Origin: Phallusia mammillata
Taxonomy: Eukaryota
DNA length: 64,000 bases
Assembly (NCBI GenBank): GCA_965637545.1
Contig: OZ281496.1
Location: forward strand, 13,454,001-13,518,000
Reading direction: 5' to 3'
The translations under genes and the position numbers were made by a program. How positions within the stretch are numbered: position 1 is the stretch's first letter; each line of letters begins with the position of its first letter. Positions 12,749 to 24,235 of the stretch are shown here, one piece after another. The notes beneath the pieces were generated by a model. The model was given only the letters and a program-made list of their open reading frames with translations, was not told the origin of the DNA and did no database searches.

Positions 12749-13404
12749 TATTCATTTTTGTTTATCTGCGAAAACGACAAAATGGTTTTTATGTTGTACT
12801 GCTCTCTGAAAACATTTTTTATTTGGGCGTTAAAATCAGTTGATAACAATTTTAACATATAGCAGTCCAAAATCCACAGCCAACAGTCAAAATTACATTG
12901 CAAAAGCGAACTGAACTTGTTTCATTATCATTATTATCAACTAAAACCCTCAATCAGTATATTTTAACCTGTGATGTTAAGTAAAGTTGATGACTACTAT
13001 AGAAACCGGCAATATCTTAATTCGATATGTCCTGTAATTGTAAACTTTGGGGCAAACTTCGAAAATATGTTAAACACTTCCTTCCTAGCTACAGTTGGGC
13101 ACACAAGGCTTTAGACAAGTGCAACAAGAAAAACTATGTGACAATTGAGGATGAAGCGAGTTACTTTGTCTGTTCGCTGATAGTCTTATTATTTACCATC
13201 ATTTTAAACCAGTTCTACGCTTACCAGCAATTCGTCTGGATTTTGCAAAAGATTACATAGAAATAGCCGAAATCTCCCGTACCTGCAATCATATAACACT
13301 GTTCGCAAACTCAGAAGATCTATTCTTAGCGAAGCTTTTAGTTAACTATTCGAATGTTCTGACAATTGCCTTAATAATGCTACACTGATTTAACACCTTA
13401 AAAA

Positions 13405-13915
13405 CAGTGTTTCATACCGGAACGGAACGGAACGTTATACCGGAACGAAATAAATATTTTTTGACTGAAATACCGAAACGAAATACCGAAATAAAAAATA
13501 TTCAAAATACCGGAACGGAACGAAATACCGTTATAATTTATTCCGGTATTTCGTTCTGGACATTTGACATGAAACAATTGCTGAAAATTTCGCGCCGTTA
13601 AGATATAATAAAACTTGAGGCTCCTACAATTAACATCCGTTTGACCATTATTGACAAATGTTTATGTGACGTAACATCTACCGACAATAATTTTTGTGTG
13701 TTGCAACTTTCTTTCTTTTTTCGCTTAATAGTTGTAAAGGCCACAAATAAATGTTCTTTTTTAAGACCGAAATACCGAAAAATACCGTCATAATTTTATT
13801 TCGGTCAGACCGGAACGAAATGAAAATATCGGTCCAGAACGAAATAACGAAATAAATAATTTGCTCAGAACGAATAACGTTATTTGGTTTCGTTCCGTTC
13901 CGGTATGAAACACTG
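13405..13915. mobile_element. hAT-type MITE with CCGGAACG/CCGAAA subterminal repeats
   Basis: TIR CAGTGTTTCATACCGGAACGGAACG at both ends. TSD CTTAAAAA at 13397-13404 and 13916-13923. Empty site CTTGAAAA near 38957. Confidence 0.92.
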
Positions 13916-14424
13916 CTTAAAAATATCCCCTTGGTACAGCATACAACAGAAGGTTGAAACTAAAAAGAACTATCAACGTCTAAATCTAAAAGAACGAAAC
14001 ACTGCGGGTTGTCACAAACGGAAAACTGAATTGCTTCCGACTATAGTCGCAGCTGCACAAACGCCACACGGCAAAGTACATCTAGTAGAAAGAACATGTT
14101 TCACAAATCGTTTATTTTTCAATATAGTTGCTGCAGACCAAAGTTAATGAAGTCTGTACGTTATTCTTTTCTATTACAGTAAAACTTTAAACACGTGGGT
14201 GACTACAACACAATTCCTAGTGGACGAATACATATTTGTTTTGTTAAACACTATTCTACAAACCGAGCACTCTAATACAACTGCGTAAGCTTCGCGCATA
14301 GCATCTGGCACATCCAGCGCACAAACGTAACATTGAATATCTTGAGATGGCCTAAAATTTACACCTGCAGTAGAATTAAAAAATATTTTAAAGTAAAAGC
14401 ACTGCAACTTATTTAAGTCGCCCA

Positions 14425-14524
14425 ACAACGCATCAGTAAACACAAGTGCATTGACCTGTAACCGAAAGAAAAAAGGGCAGCTCGTTGAGCGCTGGGTCCA
14501 TTGTATGATGTAGACCAGGGGTGT
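14425..14524. promoter_or_regulatory. Conserved non-coding block upstream of zinc-finger genes (putative shared promoter)
   Basis: AACGCAT(C/T)AGTAAACAC(A/G)AGTGCA(T/C)TGACCTGTAACCGAAAGAAAAAAGGGCAG recurs at about 22739, 22958 and 39430. Regulatory role is inferred from position only. Confidence 0.4.
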
Positions 14525-16917
14525 CAGGGTTGCCAGATGGCCTAAAAATCGGACAAAAAACGATAAATTGTCCTAATTTCACATGCTGTGTCCGACAAGT
14601 AAAAAATCATTAGGACACTTAGTTTTGTGTCCTAATTTGTCCGATTCTCACTTATACTCAAAACAAAGTTTTTCGTCGCTGTTTATTCGGTCGAGGAGAC
14701 ATCACCGCTTAATAAATAACACTTTTTGTCAAAGATTGTAGATAAACTGATGAATCACTACCCCCCATTGTCTGTCACAACAAACATTGTCTTAAAACAA
14801 TTATTATTTACAATGAAAAGAAATGCAAAAACAAAGAACTTACACCTCAGGAAAATAAAGTTACAACTAGTTATCTAAATATTCTGGAAAAATACTTTCG
14901 GTGTTGGCGGATATAGTCATTGTAGTCCCATGCAAAAGAAAGGTAGCAAAGCTTAGTGGGAAACATCGTTGGTGGCTTTCATTGAGAGTAAATGATGATT
15001 ATAAATATTTGGTCTGTCACCTATCATTTAACAGTTTGCACAAACCCATAAGTGCGATGTATTTCTTTTGAAATGTAAATGCTAGTTTAAGACGACTTGA
15101 GTTGTTATCAATGTAATACTTTTTTAAGTAGAAAAATTACCAATAATATTTACAAAAAACACGCAGTCTAGGCTATTTAAGAAAATAGTTATGGGTCGTC
15201 CAAAAAAAGATTCAGCATCCAAAGGTCCAGCGCGAAAATATAATACAACCTGGGCAGGTCGTTACAAAAGTCCAGTGATGGCAGTGAGAACGCTTGGTGC
15301 AATTTGTGCCATAAGTCTCTTCAACCGAAACTAAGCACCTTTGCCGATCACGAAAAGTCTGATCAACACAAGGAACAAACATCGTCCATAAATCAAGTTA
15401 AACCTCTGCATAATTTTTTCAAGAGGGCTCGTGTTGACAACAGTGTGAAAGAGGCTGAATTACAGCTTGCTGCATGTATGGCGTGTCACGGGGCGATCAG
15501 CACAATCGACCATATTTCAGCTGTAATTTCCGCTCATGGAAAAGGTTCCCCTTTAGAAGATCTCCAGCTCCACCACACGAAATGCACAGCTTTAATTACT
15601 AAAGTAATTGCCCCAGCACTGAAAACAGAACTGAAAGAAGATATATCTGGTTGCAAATACTCACTTTTAATTGACGAATCAACAGATGTAAGTGTCAATA
15701 AGCTCCTCGTGATTCTAATCAGGTACTGCAGTCCATCACAAAGAAAACTGGTCACAGCTTTGGTTTCCGTTGTTTGCATCGTTCAAGGCACAGGAGAAGC
15801 AATATATAATGCAGTAAAGGAAGCAGTAGATTCTTTGGACATGACACTTTCCAACTGCATTGGTTTGAGCTGTGATGGAGCTAGTGCCAACGTCGGGGAA
15901 CACAATTCCGTATGGAGTCGACTGAAACAAGAATCCCCTTCTGCAGTCCTTCTCAAATGCACCTGTCACTCTTTGCAGCTGTGTGTCCAAGCTGCATTCG
16001 AAGTTTTACCAGCTAATGTTGGCTACCTGATGTCAAAAATTCCAGCATGGTTTTCAAAATCCACTCTTCGCCGAGAAAAATACAAAGAGCTCTTTAAGGT
16101 AATGACGGTAGGAAATGAAGACTATGCCATTTGCGAAGTATGCCAAAACAAGGTGGTTGTGTCGTAAAACAGTAATTAAAAATATCATTGATCATTGGTT
16201 TGAGTTGAAGTTGTACTTTAAAATGGAGGAGAATGTGGTCAGGAAGGAAAGTGTGAGGCGAGAATGATTGAAGATATTTTGAACAAAAATGAAACCAGGC
16301 TTTACTTTTTATTTTTGTATCCGGTCGTATTAGAAATGGAACGGGTAGATACTGCATTTCAAGCGGATTATTGCAATCCCGAAAAATTGAGTGATATCTT
16401 GCATCAACTGCACCACGGCATCCGTGCCCGTGTACACGACAGGATGGGCAATGACTTGCCGAACTGTCAAGTAACATATGGTGCCAATTTTACGTCCGAG
16501 TTCATATCCTACTTGGAAAAATTCAAAAGGGGCGAATCAGGAGGAAGTTCGAGCGCCCAGGTAGATAGTGTCAAATCAAGATGCCGGGACTTCTTGCTTA
16601 GGCTTTTAAACGAGCTTGACAAAAGAATTACAAGCTCTACAAATGTTTTTCAAGGCCTATCTCATCTTTCACCGGAAAAGGTGCTGTCTCAAATCAGCCG
16701 TGTTGGCTTCGAAAAGTTGCCATTTATACAGCAGCAATGCCACCAGGATGCAATTCAAACGCAATACCTGAAAATTTTGTTTGTTGACTGGAAATGCCAA
16801 AGTGGTTTCGACGGGGAAATTCCGTCCGATGTCGTCCAGTTTTGGCACAAAGTTCTGTTGTACAAAGATGCTACTGGAAACAGAGAGTTCCAAGAACTGG
16901 CAGAATACGCTCTAAAC
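14525..16917 (+). mobile_element. Truncated hAT element with frameshifted transposase
   Basis: Left TIR CAGGGTTGCCAGATGGCC at 14525. ATG at 15190. Motifs LIDESTDVS, CDGASANVG, CTCHSLQL, TRWLCR. Cut at 16917 by the next hAT; 3' end absent. Confidence 0.85.
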
Positions 16918-19319
16918 CAGTGATTCCCAACCGCGGCTCCTAGAGCCGCATGCGGCTCCCAGCTAGCCTTCTTGCGGCTCTCATTGACGTTTGAAAATCC
17001 CACAAAAATATTTAAAAAAATCTATTTATAACAAAAAAATAAAAATCATATTCAAAAATTACCCTTGCTTGGCTTGGAGTCTGGAGTTTATAATTAAGAT
17101 GAGAGGAAAGTTGTGAATAGACTGCTATTGTTACGTCACTGTTGTTTCAAAGCAATGTGTCATAACTTTCCATTTGAACGAGCAGCAGCTATAGTTAAGG
17201 CAAAACCCAGCAGCAGCTGTCCAGTTCTTCTCGATTTTACTCTATTTTTGTGAACTTTTTATTGAACTTGATCTAAAGTAGTCACAACCGCTATAAAACT
17301 GCAGTAGGATAATCAGTCATTTACTTAAGTTTTAGGTATATTCAAGCTTTAAATTATGTCAGAACAGCCTTCAAAGAAAGCACGTACACTTCAGCAGGAA
17401 AATCGTGTTTTTCAAAGTGATTGGGAAGCAAAGTATTTTCAAATTGAGGTAGACACCAAAGCCCATTGCCTTCTTTGTCCTGTGGTGATAAGTAGCGTAA
17501 AATCTTTTAACATTGAGAGGCACTACAAAACTCATTCTTCAGAATATGATTGCTACCAAGGAGAATCAAGGAAAAGGAAGTTGGAATCTCTTAAGTCGGC
17601 ACGGCATAAGCAAACAAATATGTTCAAGGCTAGTAATGAATCTGAAGATATTACCAAAACATCATACAAGGTGAGCAGCCATCTAATTGCTCGCAATATG
17701 AAGCCATACTCGGATGGTGAAATTATGAAGCAGGCTATAGTTACGTTTGCAACAGAATGCTGTTCAAGTTCCGTAAAAGAAAAGGCAAAAAAGTTGCAGC
17801 TGAGTAATACTACAGTAACACGGCGCATTGAATGTATAGCAAACGACCAACATGATCAGCTTCTTGAGAAATCAAAAAATTGTGTGTGCTACTCTGCCGC
17901 GCTAGACAGCTCAAAAGATGTCACCGACACAGAGCAATTAGCTGTGTTTATTAGGGGATTCATGCCGTATTTTACGATTTGTGAAGAATATCTCACTTTG
18001 CGTTCTATTCATGGCTCAACTAAAGGAACAGATATGTTTCGTGAATTTCATGCTACTCTTGAAGAAGCACATTTGGACCCATCAAAGTTGGTTGGAGTGG
18101 CAACGGATGGCTGTCCTTCCATGCTTGGAGCAAATCAAGGGCTTCAAGGGCTCATCAATAAATGGCGAGACGAGTATTATCTTGCTCCGGTGACATGGCA
18201 TCATTGTATTTTACACCAAGAAAGTCTGGTTGCTAAGTCACTCAACATGTCTAATGTGATGGATGTGGTAATAACAACAGTAAACTGGATTAGAGCAAAC
18301 GCACTTAAGCATCGGAAGTTCAAAAAGTTTTTAGCAGATACTGACGCTGAGTATGGTGACGTAGCCATGTTCACAGCCGTACGATGGCTAAGCCGCGCTT
18401 CATGTATCAAAAGATTTTATGATCTTCTTCCAGAGATTAAAATGTTTGCTGAAGGAAAGAAAGATATTCCTCAGCTTGGCGACGAAGATTGGGTTGCTGA
18501 TTTGGCGTTTTTTGTGGATATCACCGCACACCTTTCTTCTCTAAATCGCACTCTACAAGGCAATAACAAGCTTTGTCATGATTTGTATAGCACAGCAACT
18601 GCTTTTATTAACAAACTTTGTCTTTGGAAAACGCAGCTTGCAGGTGGTGTTACAACACATTTTCCAACGCTATCTGACCATCAAACCAATGGATCATTTG
18701 ATGCATACAACAGGCTTATCAGCAACTTGATTTATGAGTTCAACCGCCGCATTGACGGAATGAATGCTTTTTTGCCCATGATGAAAATGTTTTCCAGTCC
18801 TATTGCAATTAATGTGGCCACTGCCCCTGACAATTTTCAATTGGAGTTGCTAGACATGCAGTCAGATATCGAGCTCAAGCAATTATTTAAAAGTGAAGAC
18901 TTACTTGAATTTTGGAGTCAAGTTCCAGAGGGAAAGTATCCCAACTTGATAACCAATGCCCAGAAAAACACCTCTCTATTTGGATCAACTTATGTGTGTG
19001 AAGCACTTTTCAGCAAAATGGTCAAAATCAAAAATCAATATCGCAATCGATTGACCGATGACCACCTCAAGCAGCTACTGCGTACTGCATCCTCTGCAAT
19101 TACGCCTCGCTTTGACACACTTCTTAAAGCTCAAAGCCAATGCCAAGTTGGACATTAAATTGATTTGTGTTTTTTTTTCTTGTTAGTGTTGCTATTCGTT
19201 GGTACGTGCTTTCATGCTTTATAATTTTTGTTATACTTAATGAGTATATTCGTGCGGCTCCAAACGTACTCTGAAATTTGAAATTCGGCCCTGACACCAA
19301 AAAAGGTTGGGAACCACTG
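16918..19319 (+). mobile_element. Full-length hAT (SPIN/Charlie/GTF2IRD2-like) DNA transposon
   Basis: TIR CAGTG(A/G)TTCCCAACC at both ends. Flanking 8-mers differ (CTCTAAAC vs GTTTACAA), so no TSD. Confidence 0.9.
17356..19158 (+). CDS. hAT transposase, 600 aa, uninterrupted
   Basis: BED-like CLLC..RHYKTH, LDSSKD (D1), TDGCPSM (D2), HCILH, VRWLS, STYVCEALFS (E). Confidence 0.93.
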   Translation: MSEQPSKKARTLQQENRVFQSDWEAKYFQIEVDTKAHCLLCPVVISSVKSFNIERHYKTHSSEYDCYQGESRKRKLESLKSARHKQTNMFKASNESEDITKTSYKVSSHLIARNMKPYSDGEIMKQAIVTFATECCSSSVKEKAKKLQLSNTTVTRRIECIANDQHDQLLEKSKNCVCYSAALDSSKDVTDTEQLAVFIRGFMPYFTICEEYLTLRSIHGSTKGTDMFREFHATLEEAHLDPSKLVGVATDGCPSMLGANQGLQGLINKWRDEYYLAPVTWHHCILHQESLVAKSLNMSNVMDVVITTVNWIRANALKHRKFKKFLADTDAEYGDVAMFTAVRWLSRASCIKRFYDLLPEIKMFAEGKKDIPQLGDEDWVADLAFFVDITAHLSSLNRTLQGNNKLCHDLYSTATAFINKLCLWKTQLAGGVTTHFPTLSDHQTNGSFDAYNRLISNLIYEFNRRIDGMNAFLPMMKMFSSPIAINVATAPDNFQLELLDMQSDIELKQLFKSEDLLEFWSQVPEGKYPNLITNAQKNTSLFGSTYVCEALFSKMVKIKNQYRNRLTDDHLKQLLRTASSAITPRFDTLLKAQSQCQVGH

Positions 19320-20043
19320 GTTTACAACATGCTTTGCCGCAATACAGCAACCATGGGAGAAATCAGAGGAGAAATCAACGCAGCAAATACAGGGCAACAA
19401 AATGATGAGTTCACCAACTTTGGACAACTCGTGGCATCAAGCCTTAGAAAGTTGCCTGAAGAAAAAGCTTATGCTTCCATTGCCTTCATTTCCGAACATC
19501 TGCGAACACAACGGTTAAGTTCGCAGTAACAAGCAATTTTTTTTAGTGTCTTGCCCTTTTTGTATGCTTTTTTGCACTTTTCTACAGTCTAGTTGTTTTC
19601 AATTGCATATCCTCCTGGTGTTGTGTTACCTCTTCATACTTTCTCTTCTGTATCCTGTGTCAAAAAAATTTTGTGCAATGTATAGTGTCTTGTATTTTTA
19701 TATGCAAGTTTTTACTTTTTTTATATTCCAAGTGTTAATTGTGTGTACTCACGGTGTTCTGTTACCTCATTACATTTTTTGTTCTGTATTATTAGCCAAT
19801 GTTTTTGCTGTTTCTGGATTTTCAAACACGAAAATGTGCAAAAGCTTTGTTTGTTTTATTGAAGATGTACAAAAACAAATTTAACAAAACAGTGAATGAA
19901 AAGAACTAGGTTCATATTTAGCAAAGGTAAGGCAGAACAAGAATAATATAACACAAACCTAATGCATCATTTACATTCTGTGGATAACAGCATTTTGCCA
20001 TGGCAGTGCACCATTGTCAGAATTAAAATAGTCTTTGTATTGG

Positions 20044-21194
20044 TCACGAATAAGCAGCACCTCTGGTATATGTATTTGTTCCCATTCTACCAATAGATTG
20101 GAAATTTAAATAGCTCTCAATTTCTGATCTCCACTCTCCTAAAACCACATTACCCATTCGATCTTCCCTATCAACAAATGAAGGTGTACAATATGCATTA
20201 CGAACATTTTGTCTGCTTTTGATCTGCAAAAAAATGTGCAAACAACATGCAGCTTTTGTAAATGCAACCACTCTTTCTGGCTTAGCGATAATGGGTCTTC
20301 GAAATATCCGCCACCGAGTAGCCAAAATGCCAAAAGTGTTTTCAATAACACGTCTAGCCCGAGAAAGTCTGTAATTAAAAATACTTTTGTCAGCAGGTAA
20401 ATTTTTTCCAGGATACGGTCGCATTAAGTTTTGGCGCAGTGGAAAGGCAGCATCACCGACAATACAATATGGTACACATACACTGGTGTTGGGCAAACAT
20501 GCCTGACTGGGAACGTTTAAATCCCCACTCATAAATCTTTTACCAAATTCTGAATTGGCAAACACCCCACCATCACTATGTCTTCCTGAATCACCAATAT
20601 CAATCATAGTAAAACAATATTGTGCATCACATACTGCAAGCAAACCAATGCTATGTGAGCCTTTATAGTTAAAGAACTCAGATCCGGCACCTGCAGGTGC
20701 TTGAATGACAACATGTTTGCCATCAATTGCACCTAAGCACATCGGAAAGTCCCACATCTCATTAAATTCTTGAGAATTTTTTTTCCACTTCCGGCATCAA
20801 CACATCCCAAAGTGCTTCACAGGTCTCCAAAATAATGTTGTTGACTGTTGAGTGCCCGGCCCGGAAACTTAAAGAAATGGTGGACTGAGAATCACCTGTA
20901 GCAACTCATAAAAAGTTGCTACATCCATGCGAAAGTATTTGGGAAAACTCTGCTCATCTGCATGCATATCTTCAACCAAGTTAAATTCTCCCAATATTTC
21001 TCGGTCCTGAAATATAGGCCGAACCCATTCCCTGCACAAGGTACACTTACGTCATGCAAATAACATGTATGTTTGGGGGCATTAAATGGCAAACTGTATT
21101 ACCTTCTTCGGCGACGGATCCTCATCCACATTACAACCAGCAGTATCATTTGCTGATTCAAAAGCAGTAGCAAAAGTAGGTCTAAATTGTTCAT
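20044..21194 (-). pseudogene. Harbinger (DDE_Tnp_4 / HARBI1-like) transposase
   Basis: GAIDGKHVVI, FNYKG, SDGGVF, VGDAAFPL, NYRLSRARRVIENTFGIL. Upstream pieces EWVRPIF..YFRM and MNNLDLLLL..RRRRR, with a probable intron at about 21040-21100 and an internal deletion. Confidence 0.88.
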
Positions 21195-21229
21195 GTTGTT
21201 GAGATATTTGTCTTAATAAATAAAAAACA

Positions 21230-21537
21230 GCTGATCCCAGTATGAATATGTTTCATCTTAGCTGATACGGTCGAACTGGCGATCCCCTAGCACGAAGCTG
21301 ACATGTGCAGCATACGAGGCAGGCAACGGTGCTTGTGATTCGACTTTCGGCGGATTCTCCACTGAGCCTGTGTAGCTCAGTTGGTAGAGCGCGAGTCCCG
21401 GAAAGACTACTGTCGTGGGTTCGAATCCCACCGCAGGCTAGATTTTTCTAGTCTATGCCTTGCCATATGGGAATGCTTGGGAGACCAGCTGATTCAGTAT
21501 AACGCCTTGAACAGGCCTGGCGTACTATGATTGATTG
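21230..21537 (+). mobile_element. 308-bp retroposed SINE-like insert with an internal tRNA-like module
   Basis: 14-bp TSD ATAAATAAAAAACA at 21216-21229 and 21538-21551. 3' hairpin CGCC..GGCG and a (TGAT)n tail. Confidence 0.75.
21366..21439 (+). ncRNA. tRNA-like sequence (A and B boxes; non-canonical anticodon arm)
   Basis: Acceptor GCCTGTG/CGCAGGC, D arm TAGCTCAGTTGGTAGAGC, T arm GTGGG-TTCGAAT-CCCAC. Anticodon loop CCGGAAA lacks U33 and its stem has a mismatch. TTTTT at 21443-21447. Confidence 0.75.
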
Positions 21538-22738
21538 ATAAATAAAAAACATTCATGATTTTTTACTGGGGTTTATTGTCCATATTGCTAAGACATTTGT
21601 CTTAATAAATAAAAAACATTCATGATTTTTTACTGGGGTTTAATAACAAATTGTCCATGTTCCTGAGATATTTGTCTTAATACATAAATAAACATGCATG
21701 CATGATTGTTTGATTCTTTACTGGGGTGGAGTTTAATATACTCTTTCTGTCAAGCACTGTCTGTCTGTCTGTCTGTCCAGCACACTGACCCACTTTGTTT
21801 GGCTATAAGCGTCCAACAGCGCAAATAACAATGAACACATAAGTTATGAGCCGTTACTTTTCGTGCCCTTTTGACTTTGGCAAAGCCTTTGTTCAGTACA
21901 AGATCGATTTCCTATCCCGCTGTGTTTGCAAGACAAAAACACTTCGTCGCCGCGTTGGCGCCAAACGCACAGCTGGTGTGAATGCCGTTTTTGCGTCAGA
22001 CGTTGCGCGGAAAAAACGCGATCAGCCGTTGCCGCCGCTAATCGCCAGCCGCCACCGTCAACCGCGTCTGGTGTGCAGAGCCCTTAAGAATACCTGTTTG
22101 TTATTGGTTGTCTAACAATACACGTGAAATACCGAATAAAAATCCGCGTCTGACGAAAACATAGCATTCTACGTGGAAAGTTTACTTTGCTTTCAGTGCT
22201 GACGAAAATGGTTTGCCAAGGAACTAACTAACTACAGACATGGGGTGAGACATTAAAAAGTTTTTACAGTGGCATTTTGTTTTAAATTAAAAAAGGTCTT
22301 TGTGGCTCCCAGTGGCTTTTTTACTATGTGAAATTGGTCCAAATGGCTCTTAGAGTGGCAAATATTGGCGCCTCCAGAAGTATGTGCTTCTAGTTTCATG
22401 GGTAGAGAGTGTATTGAGCTTATTCTCTAATATAGTCAACTAAACAGAAGTCTACGCAGTAAGTTAATTGACAAGGATCGGTATATCGTATCTAACATTT
22501 TCTAGTGTCGCCCGTCCGTATGACTTTCGAATATTCTAAATTTATTCCGTAATAGAAGTGTTCGGATCGCAAAAAAAGGTTAACGCAACTGAAACAAAGT
22601 TGTCAGGGTTGTCAATATGGTAACCCTAATCTAGCGCCCAAACAAAACATGAAATACCTTTGGAATGCTATAATTCACTGTGCTCGGCCTATAATACCGA
22701 CGTCTAAAACCCCAGAAAACCTTGTGTAACCATTCGAT

Positions 22739-23185
22739 AACGCATTAGTAAACACGAGTGCACTGACCTGTAACCGAAAGAAAAAAAGGGCAGTCGTAGA
22801 CAAGGGAGTGTTTACCAAACTAGATCACCTAAAAAAAACGTTATCACAGCAGGTTATTTTTTTTTATGTTATCGCCATGGATTAGTTATGTGCGAACATT
22901 TGTCATGAGCTTAGGAAAAAAGGAAAACCGGATACTTCGGTCGTAAATTTACCTTGTAACGCGTTAGTAAACACGAGTGCACTGACCTGTAACCGAAAGA
23001 AAAAAGGGCAGTCCTACAGCTCGTCGAGTATCAGATTTTACTGTGTGAAGTAGACAAGGGAGTGTTTAACAAACTAGATCACCTAAAAAAACGTTATCAC
23101 AGCAGGTTAGTTTTTTTTATCTTATCGCCATGGATTAGTTGTGTGCGAACATTTGTCATGAGCTTAGGAAAAAAGGAAAACCGGT
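22739..23185 (+). repeat. Tandem duplication (about 200-220 bp x2) of the zinc-finger upstream block
   Basis: Two near-identical units AACGC(A/G)TTAGTAAACACGAG...GGAAAAAAGGAAAACCGG. Confidence 0.85.
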
Positions 23186-24235
23186 TGCTTCGTCAGTACT
23201 CGCATGACGGAAACGACTAGGGTCATGCTTTGTGGACATAGTGCGTCTGTCAAACTTATCCAAGCGGCATGTGGAAGTTTGTTACATCACAGTGTTCAAC
23301 GAGTTGTAGCTGGCTATTCACCAGTAACGCGACCGTTTCAAAAGGAAAAAAGCAGTGGTAATTGTATGTTTAATGCCACAACTTTCGTGGCTGAAGTAAG
23401 TTTTACAGCATATCAGACTTTTAGTCCTGAGCAATGTTTGCTGATGGCAAAAAAAACGAAAGGTAGATGTTGAATGCAAAATTTTCGCTGAAAGATTAAG
23501 TAATGCACAATTTTTACTGAATTTCGAGGTAAAGCGGCGGAGTATTTAGTTATCTGCACATTAAAGGAGTAGTTGACATTATAAGACGAAATATAAATTT
23601 GGTTTAATCAAGAAAAGGTGCAGATATCAGAAGTTTGCTAGCTCAGATACAAAAGTATTAGGATGCTGCAACCAACACTAGCTTTGTGATATCTAAAAAC
23701 ATAAGCTTTTATGAGAGGAAAAGTTAGCAAAGAATGTTTGATGGTCTGTGCAGAACTATCGCTCCTTTAATAAGAATCCTAACAATTCCCACTGTCCGCA
23801 CGACAAACAAAAATGAGAAGACTGTCCGGACAGGAATTGGATTACAGATTTCGAATTTGCTGTAAAGGTTATGTTTTGCAAATACGAATCAGCTACACGC
23901 TAATCGACAAGACAAAGTCATTTGCGTTTATGAATCCCTTTATGAGAGCAACAAGCTTACTCAAGTGCATATTTTATAAGAATGTCGACTGAAATTGACG
24001 AGATTAGAAACGTGCTCAAAGCTTTACTTGCTAGTTTAATTGATTCATAATGGAACTTAAATTGCAAATATGTATCAAGAAATTTTTTTGCGTGTAGTTG
24101 TGTTTTAAACTGGACGCTTGTTTCTTCCGTTGTCAGCTCAGATTTGTGTTGTCGCTTTTATAAAATGTTATTTAAGTTTTCTCGGAGCCAACGACATTCT
24201 GATTGAATTGACAATTTTATTTAATAGTTGATTAG

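Larger units (their letters stand above)
6007..14511 (+). repeat. Segmental duplication, copy 1
   Basis: 6007-6419 and 8321-14511 align colinearly with 35159-39516. This copy carries extra MITE insertions. Confidence 0.9.
21186..21720. repeat. Minisatellite, about 60-66 bp unit, about 4 copies
   Basis: Repeated GA(G/C)ATTTGTCTTAATAAATAAAAAACATTCATGATTTTTTACTGGGGTT. The first unit is interrupted by the 21230-21537 insert. Confidence 0.75.
19325..22083 (-). mobile_element. Decayed PIF/Harbinger element
   Basis: Terminus CGTCTGGTGTGCAGAGCCC|TTA at 22083. Transposase on minus strand. Convergent plus-strand ORF2 C-terminal piece DEFTNFGQLVASSLRKL (19325-19529). Other end lost. Confidence 0.8.

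Noticed and set aside
14516-14524. CAGGGGTGT as a separate hAT TIR
   Set aside because: It is homologous to CAAGGGAGTGT in the upstream block at about 22800 and 23055, so it is host sequence next to the real TIR at 14525.
17356-19158. Host gene symbols GTF2IRD2, ZMYM1, EPM2AIP1 or HARBI1 for the transposase ORFs
   Set aside because: TIRs, TSDs or mutational decay show these are transposon copies, not domesticated orthologs.
21366-21439. Functional tRNA-Ser(GGA) gene
   Set aside because: C at position 33, an extra base and mismatch in the anticodon stem, no long variable arm, and it lies inside a TSD-flanked insert.
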